From: Naegleria gruberi
Lineage: Eukaryota
Length of the DNA: 5,237 nucleotides
Direction: 5' to 3' (one strand)
Assembly: GCA_000004985.1 (NCBI GenBank)
Contig: GG739166.1
Part shown: positions 5,062 through 5,237 of the stretch, one piece after another
Position numbering within the stretch: the stretch's first letter is position 1
Layout of the letters: the number at the start of each line of letters is the position of its first letter
Translations under genes and position numbers: made by a program
Notes under the pieces: model-generated
Database searches by the model: none
Told to the model about the DNA's origin: nothing
Seen by the model: only the letters and a program-made list of their open reading frames with translations

Positions 5062-5237
5062 TTCATAAATTCCCTCATCTACTTGTTCTCAGTTAAAATT
5101 TGAAGATAAACACAATTATTGCAAAGGGTTACCTTCTTCAATGTTCGTTTTCCCTCCCTGAGAGTGATTACAACCTTTATCAAGAATGCTTTTCTTTTCT
5201 CATCTTGTTTTTTTCAACTTGGTTAAATAGTCAATTG

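Noticed and set aside
1-5237. Prokaryotic defense island or operon interpretation (CRISPR, toxin-antitoxin, restriction systems, etc.)
   Set aside because: No Shine-Dalgarno motifs. Gene products are eukaryote-type (F-box, DUF4116 repeats, dynamin-like). A spliceosomal intron is present and poly(A) signals are present. There are no nucleases, methyltransferases, ATPases, integrases or transposases. The only direct repeats are two-copy tandem duplications, not spacer-separated arrays.

Overview
This 5.2-kb window is AT-rich (roughly one-third GC). It reads like a compact, intron-poor eukaryotic genome, possibly a protist or giant-virus-like source, rather than a prokaryotic locus. None of the ATG starts is preceded by a Shine-Dalgarno sequence, and start contexts are A-rich. 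There is a strong F-box domain gene. One gene carries a canonical GTAAGT...AG spliceosomal intron that joins two reading frames. Stop codons overlap AATAAA or TAAA poly(A)-like signals. The supplied ORF track appears to have used a bacterial start table: ORF 675..1052 starts at TTG.

Contents, 5' to 3':
- (1) 2..1052 (+): a 5'-partial gene made of about 14 tandem ~25-aa DUF4116-like repeats with consensus L(K/Q)YAS-ELRNDREIVLEAVKQNG-A. It is broken by a +1 frameshift near 128-131 and by an in-frame TAA at 672-674. It is most likely a pseudogene, or else a sequencing-error or gene-fission case.
- (2) 1134..1382 (-): an 82-codon His-rich ORF fragment with no start codon.
- (3) 1382..1458: a 35/42-nt tandem duplication that abuts the start of the F-box gene.
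- (4) 1465..2280 (+): an F-box protein with an unrecognised aromatic-rich C-terminal region.
- (5) 2399..3181 (+): a 260-aa hypothetical protein with a tentative CYTH/ThTPase-like resemblance.
- (6) 3274..3927 (-): a protein with collinear dynamin-superfamily motifs, including the G4 motif ITKLD, but with a degenerate P-loop.
- (7) 3928..4422: a ~500-bp divergent intergenic region carrying 5 copies of an ACGT-core hexamer (AACGTG / CACGTT).
- (8) 4423..4774 plus 4825..4973 (+): a two-exon gene ending in a coiled-coil-like C-terminus.

No tRNA, rRNA, CRISPR array, transposase or prokaryotic defense or operon structure is recognisable. The most interesting items are:
- the decayed repeat-protein gene;
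- the P-loop-less dynamin-like protein;
- the enriched ACGT-core motif cluster;
- the intron evidence.
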